Below are positions 51,319 to 59,594 of a stretch of 64,000 nt of DNA, one piece after another (position 1 is the first letter of the stretch; each line of letters starts with the position of its first letter). Source of the stretch: a candidate division FCPU426 bacterium (GTDB taxonomy: Bacteria > Oederibacteriota > Muellerivitia > Muellerivitales > Muellerivitaceae); assembly GCA_963771075.1 (NCBI GenBank), contig CAVYSE010000001.1, forward strand, positions 121,367 through 185,366. The letters are read 5' to 3'. Below the pieces are notes generated by a model. It did no database searches. It was given only the letters and a program-made list of their open reading frames with translations, and was not told the DNA's origin. The position numbers and the translations under genes are program-made.

Positions 51319-52689
51319 ATGAACCAGGGATCACCCGAAGAGCGCTACCGACAGGCTTTGCGATTGGATAGCTTGGGACTCGCGGAAGAAGCCCGGATCG
51401 AATTAGGGGAGCTATTAAGGGAGGACCCCGCCCCTATCGGCGCCAAGACCCTCTATGAAAACATGCTTTATAGGACGGGGCCTCGAACCGCGCACCGAAC
51501 CCTCTACCGGGAGGACCCCTATCCACCGGCGTGGGATACCGACGAAACGGAAATTCCCGGCAATGCCCGGGCGGAAGACACTGGAAGTGAACAGGCAAGA
51601 TTGATCCTGGAAGCCGCCCTTCAGCTGGATCCCCTGGACCGGACGGCCAACCGGGGAATGGCCTACCTATTATCGGACGCGGGGGATGAGCTAAAGGCGA
51701 AAGAATTCAGGGACAGGGCCTTCCGGCAAATACCCGTCCGTTTCCAGCAAGACGGGGAAGAAAAGAAGGTGAAAGTTCTTTTGCTCGTTTCGACCCTGGG
51801 CGGTTTGGCCCCGCTTCGCCGACACCTGGACAGCCTCCCCTTCCATCTCACCAATCTTTATGTGGAGACCTTTGATCCCAAACTGCCCCTGCCTCCCCAC
51901 CAGAAGGTGATCAATCTCATCGGGGACGCGGACCGGTGCCCCCAGGCCCTGGAGATTGCTTCCCGCCTGTTGAAAAAAACCTCCGCCTCCGTCCTCAACC
52001 CTCCCGATAAGGTCCTGCCGACGGGCCGGGAGGAAATCTCGAATAAATTAAGCGCCATCCCCGGGATCCTGACGCCCCGGATTTCGCTCCTGCCTCGGGA
52101 ACGATTGATGCGGCCCCAGGCCGGGAGTGATCTGGCCGAATTGGGTTTTACCTTCCCCTTCCTTTTGCGCTCGCCCGGATTTCACGGCGGCAAGCATTTC
52201 ATTTATGTCGAGAATGAGGAATCGCTGAGGAACCAACTTCCGGCCCTGCCGGGGGAACACCTTTTCGTCATCCAGTATTTGGATTCCCGGAGCCCGGACG
52301 GGAAAATTCGGAAATACCGGGTCATGATGATCGAGGGAAAGCTCTATCCCCTGCATGCCGCCGTTTCCCATGACTGGAAAATCCATTACTTCAGCGCCGA
52401 AATGGCGGAAAACCCCGAAAACCGGCGGGAGGATTTGGATTTCCTGGAACGGATGCCGGAAGTCCTCGGCCCCAAGGCGATGAGCGTGTTGGGGAAAGTT
52501 TGCTCGACCCTGGGACTGGATTACGGCGGAATCGATTTCGGCCTCAACGGGAATGGGGACATCCTCCTCTACGAGACCAACGCGACGATGGTGGTCTACC
52601 CGCCCGAGCGGGATCATCGATGGGATTACCGCCGGCCGGCGGTCCGGAAGGTACTGGAAGCCATTCAACGAATGCTGCTAAAAGGATAA
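51319..52689 (+). CDS. TPR + RimK-like ATP-grasp protein, paralogue 3 (shortened TPR region)
   Basis: Same ATP-grasp motifs. The N-terminal TPR region is divergent and shorter. Confidence 0.8.
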   Translation: MNQGSPEERYRQALRLDSLGLAEEARIELGELLREDPAPIGAKTLYENMLYRTGPRTAHRTLYREDPYPPAWDTDETEIPGNARAEDTGSEQARLILEAALQLDPLDRTANRGMAYLLSDAGDELKAKEFRDRAFRQIPVRFQQDGEEKKVKVLLLVSTLGGLAPLRRHLDSLPFHLTNLYVETFDPKLPLPPHQKVINLIGDADRCPQALEIASRLLKKTSASVLNPPDKVLPTGREEISNKLSAIPGILTPRISLLPRERLMRPQAGSDLAELGFTFPFLLRSPGFHGGKHFIYVENEESLRNQLPALPGEHLFVIQYLDSRSPDGKIRKYRVMMIEGKLYPLHAAVSHDWKIHYFSAEMAENPENRREDLDFLERMPEVLGPKAMSVLGKVCSTLGLDYGGIDFGLNGNGDILLYETNATMVVYPPERDHRWDYRRPAVRKVLEAIQRMLLKG

Positions 52690-52693
52690 CGCC

Positions 52694-53305
52694 ATGAAAC
52701 CATTAGACGCCATGCTCCAACCCCATCCGACCTCGACCCGATTGAGCTATAGCCGCCCCAATGCGGACGACAGCCAAGGCGAGTGGAAAAGGCTGGACCT
52801 GGATTATTATTATTCCACCGCCCGGGACTGCGCCCTGCCGCAGGAGGCGCCCAAGGATATTCGCCTCTTGTGGGAAACGGCCCAGCATCTGCTGGCTTAC
52901 GCCTATTTTGAGTATTCCTTCGTCATCACGGCCGATTATTTATCCACCCAGGTGGTGGAAATCGCCTTGAGGAAGGAATGCGCCGCCCAAATCGCGGAAT
53001 TCAACCGGCAGAGGGCGGAACAGGGGAAAAAAACCAGGGAGCCGAATTTCCCCGAGGTTTTGGGGTTATTCAAGGAAAAGACCCTGACGATCTTGGCGCC
53101 GGAGGAGGCCCAATTCCTGTTTGATCGGTTGGGCGCCCTGGCGGCCATCCGGAATCAAATGGGGCGTCCGCAATTTATGCCGCTCTACCTGCCGAACCAA
53201 TCCGTGATGACCCGAACCAGCGAATGGCTGGGGGCTTACTACCAGGGCCGGTTAAAACAGTTTGTCCAGGCCTGGATGAAATGGAGCCAAGATATCAAGC
53301 GCTGA
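52694..53305 (+). CDS. Hypothetical helical protein (possible degenerate HEPN-like)
   Basis: Long ORF in operon position. P.DIR..WETA..LL.YAYF.Y.F...A.....Q..E.ALR, then IRNQMGRP (RxxxxH His missing). Confidence 0.55.
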   Translation: MKPLDAMLQPHPTSTRLSYSRPNADDSQGEWKRLDLDYYYSTARDCALPQEAPKDIRLLWETAQHLLAYAYFEYSFVITADYLSTQVVEIALRKECAAQIAEFNRQRAEQGKKTREPNFPEVLGLFKEKTLTILAPEEAQFLFDRLGALAAIRNQMGRPQFMPLYLPNQSVMTRTSEWLGAYYQGRLKQFVQAWMKWSQDIKR

Positions 53306-53443
53306 GGAGGGAACCGGGCCTTCCGGACTTTCAGGATTTTTTTGTTTTTTGTTTTAACATTGGCGCTGAAGAGGGTTTATCCTTATGGACTGCCGTTCAC
53401 CGATTGAACCAGTCCGGTAACCCGTTACAAGAAAGGAACCCCT

Positions 53444-54544
53444 ATGACCGGGTCCATGAGCCATAATTTCTCAGGCGGCCTCGGAGCCTTGCCCCAAGAA
53501 GTGCTGGAACAAGCCAGCCAAGCCCTTCTCCAGGCCCCGGGAACCCGCCAGTCCATCCTCGGCATCAGCCACCGGTCCGACTATTTCAAGGCCATCCTCC
53601 AGGAATCGGAATCGATCTTCCGTTCGCTCCTCCACATCCCCTCCGACTACCACCTCCTCCAACTGCAGGGGGGGAGCACCCTGCAATTTTCCATGGTGCC
53701 CATGCTTCTGTTGCGGGGGAAGGGCAAAACGGCCGAATACCTGAAGACCGGTTATTGGAGCGCCAAGTCCCTGCCGGACGCCCGGCTCGAGGGTGCGGTG
53801 CGGGTGGTCTATGACGGGGAGGGAAGCGGCTACCATCGGTTGCCGGATGAGGGTGAGCTGGCCTATGACCCCCAAGCGGCTTATCTCCACTATGTGTCCA
53901 ACGAAACGGTGGAAGGGCTTCAATTCACCTCCTTGCCCGGTTTGAAAGGGGTCCGGCGGGTCTGCGACATGTCCTCCGATTTTTTAAGCGGCCCCTTTTC
54001 CATCACGGACTTCAGCCTGGTCTACGCCCATGCCCAAAAAAACCTGGGCCCGGCGGGGATGACGCTGGTGGTGATCCAGGATAAACTTTTGAAGGAGTCG
54101 CCGGAAGGCCTGCCCAGCATGTTGGATTACCGCAACCACGTGGAAATGGGGTCCATCTACAACACGCCTCCCACCTTCGCCATGTATGTGGCCCTGCTCG
54201 TCGTGCGATGGGTGCGGGACCGGATCGGCGGCCTCGAAAAGATGGCCGCCCTCAACGAGAGAAAGGCCAAGGCCCTTTATGGCCTCCTCGACCTCCACCC
54301 CGAATTCTACCGGGCCCACGCGCGCAAGAAGGACCGGTCCCTGATGAACGTCGTTTTCCGCCTGTCGAGCCCCGAACTGGACCAGGCCTTCTTGAAGGAA
54401 GCCGTCGAGGCGGGCTTTTACGGGCTGGAAGGCCATCGAACCATGGGAGGCATTCGGGCCTCCCTGTATAACGCCGTGACCGAGGAGGACGTGGCCCAGC
54501 TCCTGGAATTCATGGAGGGGTTCCGTAAGCGTCATTCGAAATAA
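53444..54544 (+). CDS. serC: Phosphoserine aminotransferase (PLP, class V)
   Basis: NFSGG...LP, SHRS, LQGG, NETVEG, DMSSD, AQKNLGPAG (PLP Lys), YNTPP, GHR..GGIRASLYNA. Confidence 0.92.
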   Translation: MTGSMSHNFSGGLGALPQEVLEQASQALLQAPGTRQSILGISHRSDYFKAILQESESIFRSLLHIPSDYHLLQLQGGSTLQFSMVPMLLLRGKGKTAEYLKTGYWSAKSLPDARLEGAVRVVYDGEGSGYHRLPDEGELAYDPQAAYLHYVSNETVEGLQFTSLPGLKGVRRVCDMSSDFLSGPFSITDFSLVYAHAQKNLGPAGMTLVVIQDKLLKESPEGLPSMLDYRNHVEMGSIYNTPPTFAMYVALLVVRWVRDRIGGLEKMAALNERKAKALYGLLDLHPEFYRAHARKKDRSLMNVVFRLSSPELDQAFLKEAVEAGFYGLEGHRTMGGIRASLYNAVTEEDVAQLLEFMEGFRKRHSK

Positions 54545-54592
54545 AGGGGAGTGTCTTAGAACCTATAAAAAAACTAAAATGAAAGGCAATTT

Positions 54593-54780
54593 TTACCACC
54601 AAGACACAAAGACACCAAGAAAAGCGAATTAAAAAGTTTGGTTTTACGACGTTTTCCAACCATCGGCTTAGTGAAGTTCTTGGTGTGCCGCCCCTCCATT
54701 TGATTGGTTTAATGATTGCGGTACTACCCCATATGATTCATGGTGAATCATATGGGGTGCCTTGGTGTCCTGGTGGTTAA
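54593..54780. repeat. Intergenic REP-like composite element with 8-nt-unit inverted arms and a perfect 15-bp hairpin
   Basis: TTACCACCAAGACACAAAGACACCAAG(54593-54619) is inverted to CTTGGTGTCCTGGTGGTTAA(54761-54780). ACCCCATATGATTCA-TGG-TGAATCATATGGGGT lies at 54726-54758. Confidence 0.8.
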
Positions 54781-54854
54781 AAAGTAGGTTTTGTTAGATT
54801 TTAAATAATGCGGCGGGCCGGTGGTCTTTACCAGATTTTGACAAAGGGGATTGA

Positions 54855-55784
54855 ATGGCGGTTTTAATCGGCACAAGGGGGAGCCAGTTGGCCCTGGCCC
54901 AGGCCCAAATGGTCCGGGACCAGGTCGCTTTGTTGTTCCTGGGAGAGAAGGTCGAGCTCACGGTCCTCAAGACTACGGGCGACACCTGGGGCCTGCAAAC
55001 GCCCCCCACCGCCCCGGAAGGAATCCCCACCGGCCTTTTCACCCGTGAACTGGATGACGCGCTGCTGAACGGCTCCATCCGGGCCGCCATCCACAGCCTG
55101 AAGGATGTCCCCACCACCCTGCCGCACGGCCTCACCTACGCGGCCTTCGTCCAGCGGGAGGATCCGCGGGACGCGCTCATTTCCCGCGAGGGAAAGAAGC
55201 TGGCCCAACTGCCGGGCGGTTCAAGGGTGGGAACCAGCTCTCCCCGCCGGGAAGCCCAATTGAGGGCGGCCCGGCCCGACCTGAATATCATCCCCTTCCG
55301 GGGAAACGTGGATTCCCGAATCAAAAAGCTCCACGCGGGGGAAGTGGACGCCATCCTCCTGGCGGCGGCGGGCTTGAAACGACTGGGTCGGGAATCGGAA
55401 GCCACCGAGTTCCTGGAACCCCAGGTCATGGTGCCGGCGCCGGCCCAGGGCATCCTGGCGGTCACGGCCCGGGCCAACGACCATGAGTTTTTGGAAAAGA
55501 TCAGGCCCCTGGACCACCCCGAAACGCGCGTTTGCGCCCAGGCCGAAAGATCCTTCCTGAAAACCCTGCAGGGAGGCTGCCGGGTGCCGGTGGGGGCCCT
55601 GGCGGTGGTGGAGGGGGAAGTCCTCCGGTTGACGGGGGTCATCGCCCATCCGAACGGGGAAATGATCCTCAAGGACAGCGCCAGCGACCTGAAAGACAAC
55701 CCGGTGGGCTTGGGGGTCAAGCTGGCTCATGCCTTTTTGGCCCTGGGCGCCCAGGAAATACTGAACGGCTTCGGAAGAACCTGA
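54855..55784 (+). CDS. hemC: Hydroxymethylbilane synthase (porphobilinogen deaminase)
   Basis: IGTRGSQLALAQA, KTTGD, HSLKDVP, GTSSPRR, RGNV, GGCRVP. Confidence 0.96.
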   Translation: MAVLIGTRGSQLALAQAQMVRDQVALLFLGEKVELTVLKTTGDTWGLQTPPTAPEGIPTGLFTRELDDALLNGSIRAAIHSLKDVPTTLPHGLTYAAFVQREDPRDALISREGKKLAQLPGGSRVGTSSPRREAQLRAARPDLNIIPFRGNVDSRIKKLHAGEVDAILLAAAGLKRLGRESEATEFLEPQVMVPAPAQGILAVTARANDHEFLEKIRPLDHPETRVCAQAERSFLKTLQGGCRVPVGALAVVEGEVLRLTGVIAHPNGEMILKDSASDLKDNPVGLGVKLAHAFLALGAQEILNGFGRT

Positions 55785-55931
55785 TGCCAAAACCCAAAGC
55801 CAACACGAAGCCACAAAGACACAAAGAAAAATGCAACTTGGGTTAAGGATTTAGATAAACCGCTCAAATGATTACGGGACTATGGCTTTGACATAAGTCA
55901 TTCAAGAAAGGTTTAGTTGTTGTGGTTTTCA

Positions 55932-56062
55932 CCTTCTCCCCTTGAGGGAGAAGGATGGGATGGGCCGATCCCCTATTCATTAAATCAAGGTGATCGGTAC
56001 GATACCGATCATTTGTTAATTGATGATCGGTACACCCTACCCTCTCCCTCAAGGGGAGAGGG
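55932..56062. repeat. Inverted pair of palindromic REP-like units (CCCTCTCCC..GGGAGAGGG type)
   Basis: CCTTCTCCCCTTGAGGGAGAAGG(55932) and CCCTCTCCCTCAAGGGGAGAGGG(56040) are near reverse complements. An internal TGATCGGTA-CGA-TACCGATCA hairpin lies at 55991-56011. Confidence 0.75.
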
Positions 56063-56191
56063 TTTGTTATTAAGTTATGCCAAGTGCATAGTTCCGAATG
56101 ATTATGGGATGGGTTTGAGTTTTCGTGATGTAGTTGGGTCCTGTTTTGGCCGTTGGTTCTGTGTGGTTGTTTGCTTGAATAGGGGAATGCA

Positions 56192-57760
56192 ATGAAACCA
56201 AAAGGCAAAGTCATGCTCGTCGGGGCCGGGCCGGGCGACCCGGACCTCTTGACCCTCAAGGCCGTGGAGGCGATTGCCCAGGCCGAGGTGGTCATCTATG
56301 ACGCCCTGATCCCAAGGCAGATCCTCAACCTCATCCCCCTCGACGCGGAGAAAATATTCAGGGGCCACCGGTCCCAAAAGGGCGCCTTGACCCAAAAGGA
56401 CCTGAACGACCGAATGATCCAAAAGGCCAGGCAGGGCCTGCGCGTCGTGCGCTTGAAGGGCGGCGACCCCTTCGTATTCGGCCGCGGCGCCGAGGAAGCC
56501 CTGGCGCTCGCCCTAGCGGGCATCCCCTTCGAGATCGTGCCGGGCGTCTCCTCCGCCATCGCGGTCCCGGCTTACGCGGGCATCCCCGTGACCCATCGGG
56601 CCTTCAACTCGACCCTCACCATCGTCACCGGCCATGAGGACCCCGCCAAGTCCAAGACGGACGTGAATTGGCCCCACCTGGCCCGCACCGAGGGGACCCT
56701 GGTCTTTTTGATGGGGCTTCACACCTTGCCGGGAATATGCGAACGGCTCCTGCGCGAGGGCAAGGACCCCCGCACCCCGGTGGCGGTCATCCAGTCGGGC
56801 ACCCTGGGCGCCCAACGAACCGTCCGGGGAACCCTCCAGTCGATCCTGAAACAGGTGATCCAGGCGGGCTTAAAGCCCCCCTGCACGGTGGTGATGGGAA
56901 AGGTGGTGGAACTCATGGGCGTCCTGAGTTGGTTTCAATTCAAGCCGTTGGCGGGGCAAAGGGTCCTCGTGACGCGCACGCGTGAGCAGGCCGGGTTCCT
57001 CACCCAATTGCTGGAGGACCAGGGCGCGGAGGTGCTTGAAATCCCCACCATCGAGATCTCGGCCCTGCCCCTGCGGAGCGAGGGCCAAAAGATACTCAAG
57101 AGCCTGTCCTCCTTCGACTGGCTGGTGCTTTCCAGCGCCAACGCGGTGGAGGTCCTGGTTTCCCACCTGGCGGTATCCAATTTGGACCTGAGAAACCTTT
57201 CCGGCGTCAAGATCGCCTGCGTGGGGGAATCCACGGCGAAGGTGTTAAGAAACTACGGCCTCAAGGCCGACCTGGTCCCCAAGGATTACAAGCAGGAAGG
57301 CCTGGCCTCCGCTTTCGCGAATAAGGGAAAGGAAATGGAAGGGAAGCGCGTTCTCTTCGTCCGCGCCAAGGATGGGCGCGACCTTCTGGAAACAGCGCTG
57401 AGAAAACAGAAGGCTCAAGTCACCTTGTGGGCCCTTTATGAGACCCGGGTGCCCAAGGAAGCCAGGAAACGCCTCCAGGACCTGTTCCTGAAGGAAGGCG
57501 GGGTGGATTGGCTGGTTTTCGCCTCCTCCTCGTCGGCGGACCATTTTTACAGCGCCTTTACGCCCGTCCAAAGGAAGAAGACCTTAAAGGATTTGAAGAT
57601 CGGCGTGGTCGGCCCGGTCACGGGCCAATCGGTGAGGAAATGGGGAGGCCGGGTGACGGTCGAGGCCAAGCCCCACACCCTGCCGGCCCTGGTGGAAGCC
57701 ATGGTCCTCTATACCAAAAAACGGAAAAAGGATTCACCCGATCCCCGCAAAAAAACGTAA
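56192..57760 (+). CDS. cobA: Bifunctional uroporphyrinogen-III C-methyltransferase / uroporphyrinogen-III synthase (CobA-HemD)
   Basis: LVGAGPGDPDLLTLKA, RLKGGDPFVFGRGAEE, AGIPVTHR, then HemD PL.G.RVLVTR, SANAV, FASSS. Confidence 0.93.
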   Translation: MKPKGKVMLVGAGPGDPDLLTLKAVEAIAQAEVVIYDALIPRQILNLIPLDAEKIFRGHRSQKGALTQKDLNDRMIQKARQGLRVVRLKGGDPFVFGRGAEEALALALAGIPFEIVPGVSSAIAVPAYAGIPVTHRAFNSTLTIVTGHEDPAKSKTDVNWPHLARTEGTLVFLMGLHTLPGICERLLREGKDPRTPVAVIQSGTLGAQRTVRGTLQSILKQVIQAGLKPPCTVVMGKVVELMGVLSWFQFKPLAGQRVLVTRTREQAGFLTQLLEDQGAEVLEIPTIEISALPLRSEGQKILKSLSSFDWLVLSSANAVEVLVSHLAVSNLDLRNLSGVKIACVGESTAKVLRNYGLKADLVPKDYKQEGLASAFANKGKEMEGKRVLFVRAKDGRDLLETALRKQKAQVTLWALYETRVPKEARKRLQDLFLKEGGVDWLVFASSSSADHFYSAFTPVQRKKTLKDLKIGVVGPVTGQSVRKWGGRVTVEAKPHTLPALVEAMVLYTKKRKKDSPDPRKKT

Positions 57761-57843
57761 AATAGTTGCCCCACCGTCCATCCGATGGGTTTTTAAGGAA
57801 CCAAAATTGGGACCGGCGATGCCGGGTGAAAGAGGAGAGGATC

Positions 57844-58122
57844 ATGGGCAATCCAGCGAAACGAGATTTCAAGAAGGCCGGCAAGCGGTTGGAAAAGGCC
57901 GAGAAGAAAATGGCCAAGGCCACCGAGAAGTTCCAGGAAGCGGAAAAGAAATACAAGAAGGCGCATGAGGCCTTCCAACAGGAAGAACTCAAGCGCAAGA
58001 AGAAAAAGGAAGAAAAAGAAAAGGCCAAGGGAGCGAAAAAGGCGTCCAAGGACAAGGCCGCGGTGGCCAAGGTGAAGATCGTACCGCCTCCGCCTCCGCC
58101 GAACCCTCCCTCGGGAAACTGA
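57844..58122 (+). CDS. Small Lys-rich coiled-coil protein with a poly-Pro tail
   Basis: GAGAGG RBS. The 92-aa protein is dominated by K/E/A, ends VPPPPPPNPPSGN, and is followed by a terminator. Confidence 0.7.
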   Translation: MGNPAKRDFKKAGKRLEKAEKKMAKATEKFQEAEKKYKKAHEAFQQEELKRKKKKEEKEKAKGAKKASKDKAAVAKVKIVPPPPPPNPPSGN

Positions 58123-58160
58123 ACCGGTATTCTTGAAGCGTCCGGAATTTCAATAGTCAC

Positions 58161-58192
58161 AACCCGGTCTCCCGCGCGGGGCCGGGTTTTTT
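58161..58192 (+). terminator. Rho-independent terminator
   Basis: AACCCGGTCTC-loop-GGGGCCGGGTT followed by T-tract. Confidence 0.75.
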
Positions 58193-58262
58193 ATTGGAAG
58201 GACCGCCTCCTACCGGCCCCGCTTTCGATCTTAAGTTAAGTCGCAAAAAAACAGAGGCTCCC

Positions 58263-59594
58263 TCACGGCACGTCCAAGACCAGTTTTTCCCTTTTCGGGT
58301 TGAAGCCATCGGACGATTGGGGGTCCTCCAAGCGGTGAGCGTCGTCCCACTCCTTCGGGTTCACGACATAAAGGCTGTGCTTGCCCGGCGCGAGGCCCTG
58401 CAGGGCCGCTTCCAGGTTTTCCCGGTGGGGCTGCTGGTCGGTATCCATATCCACGTTCCAAACCCTGTCCCCGAATAGGAAGCCCGACTTTTCCATGGGA
58501 GAGTTGTCCCACATCATCACGGCCTCGCCGCCGCCATCCAGCAAAACACCCTGGTTCGGGTAAGGCATACCGCGAACAGGTACCGCTTTGCCGTTTTGCG
58601 AGGTTTTGATAAAAAATTCCATGGCCGAAACCAGGTGCTCCATGGCCTCCGCGTTGGCGCAGAACATCGTGAAGGGCTTTTTCAGGCTGGAGGCCACCAC
58701 GCCGCAATAGTAGTAAGTCCCGGGGTGGTCCGACACCGTTTCGATCTTGCCGCAATGGATGGCCCTGACGTCTTCCCAGAAGAAAGCGATTTTACCCGCT
58801 CCGCTCCCGCCCACTCCCAGGAAATTGCCCGCCAGGTTTCCCAGCGCGTCCCCCGGCAGGTTCAGGGTGAGGCCCGTGGCCCCCACGTTGACCGACTGGA
58901 CCTGTTTCTTGTCGCGGCCCTGCACCAGGGTGTATTTATCCGCGTCCGCCAGGTCTTGCAGGCGTCCCGTGGCCATGCCCTCGCCCATGGCGCTATCGAC
59001 CGTGATTGGGCAATCCAGGACCCGGCATGACGGGGGGAGAACGGCTATTTCAGCTTCGAGGTAACTCTTATCTTCGTCGCTCTCTTTCCAAGCGCAGGTG
59101 GGAATATAGGTAAGATTAGTCGACAGTCGACGGTCCACAGTCGACAGGGAAACCTTGGACGGTCGTCGACGGTCGGTAGCCTGCCCTGAGCTCCGTCGAA
59201 GGGTCGGCAGGGGCGCCTTTGGCGATGATTGAACCTGAGAAGTCGTGTCGTTCTTTGTGTCTTCGTGTCTTTGTGTTGGATTTGAAGTTCCCGAAGTGGC
59301 GTTCACCTGGCCCGAAGCTTCACCCACCTCTTGTTTAGGGGTTGGAATAGTCGTAGGTAGTGGTTGAGGAATGGATTTACTATCGCCTTCCCAAGGGTTT
59401 ACCCAAGACCCTACCCAATGGATCACTCCAGAGGTGGCCCGGCTCAACAAGCTCCTTAGCCCCGCCGGGTGGAAGAAGAAAAGATAGAGCCCATAGGCCA
59501 GGCCCACCACCAAGGCGATTCCCACCACGCCCTGGGCTATTTTCTTGGCGGGCTTGCCCACCACCTCCCCCAAGAGCCTCAGGGTGGCGTTCAA
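58263..59594 (-). CDS. Membrane protein with a C-terminal PDZ-like domain, probably the C-terminal half of the ParB-domain gene
   Basis: TM helix VVGIALVVGLAYGLYLFFF. PDZ-like NSPMEKSGFLFGDRVWNVD. It joins the upstream ORF if one extra base at ~59597 is removed. Confidence 0.55.
   Translation of the reverse strand: MNATLRLLGEVVGKPAKKIAQGVVGIALVVGLAYGLYLFFFHPAGLRSLLSRATSGVIHWVGSWVNPWEGDSKSIPQPLPTTIPTPKQEVGEASGQVNATSGTSNPTQRHEDTKNDTTSQVQSSPKAPLPTLRRSSGQATDRRRPSKVSLSTVDRRLSTNLTYIPTCAWKESDEDKSYLEAEIAVLPPSCRVLDCPITVDSAMGEGMATGRLQDLADADKYTLVQGRDKKQVQSVNVGATGLTLNLPGDALGNLAGNFLGVGGSGAGKIAFFWEDVRAIHCGKIETVSDHPGTYYYCGVVASSLKKPFTMFCANAEAMEHLVSAMEFFIKTSQNGKAVPVRGMPYPNQGVLLDGGGEAVMMWDNSPMEKSGFLFGDRVWNVDMDTDQQPHRENLEAALQGLAPGKHSLYVVNPKEWDDAHRLEDPQSSDGFNPKREKLVLDVP

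Noticed and set aside
48314..52689. Graspetide (microviridin-type) RiPP cluster
   Set aside because: No precursor peptide with repeated cores or leader motif and no peptidase-transporter nearby. The claim was kept only as an unassigned ATP-grasp system.
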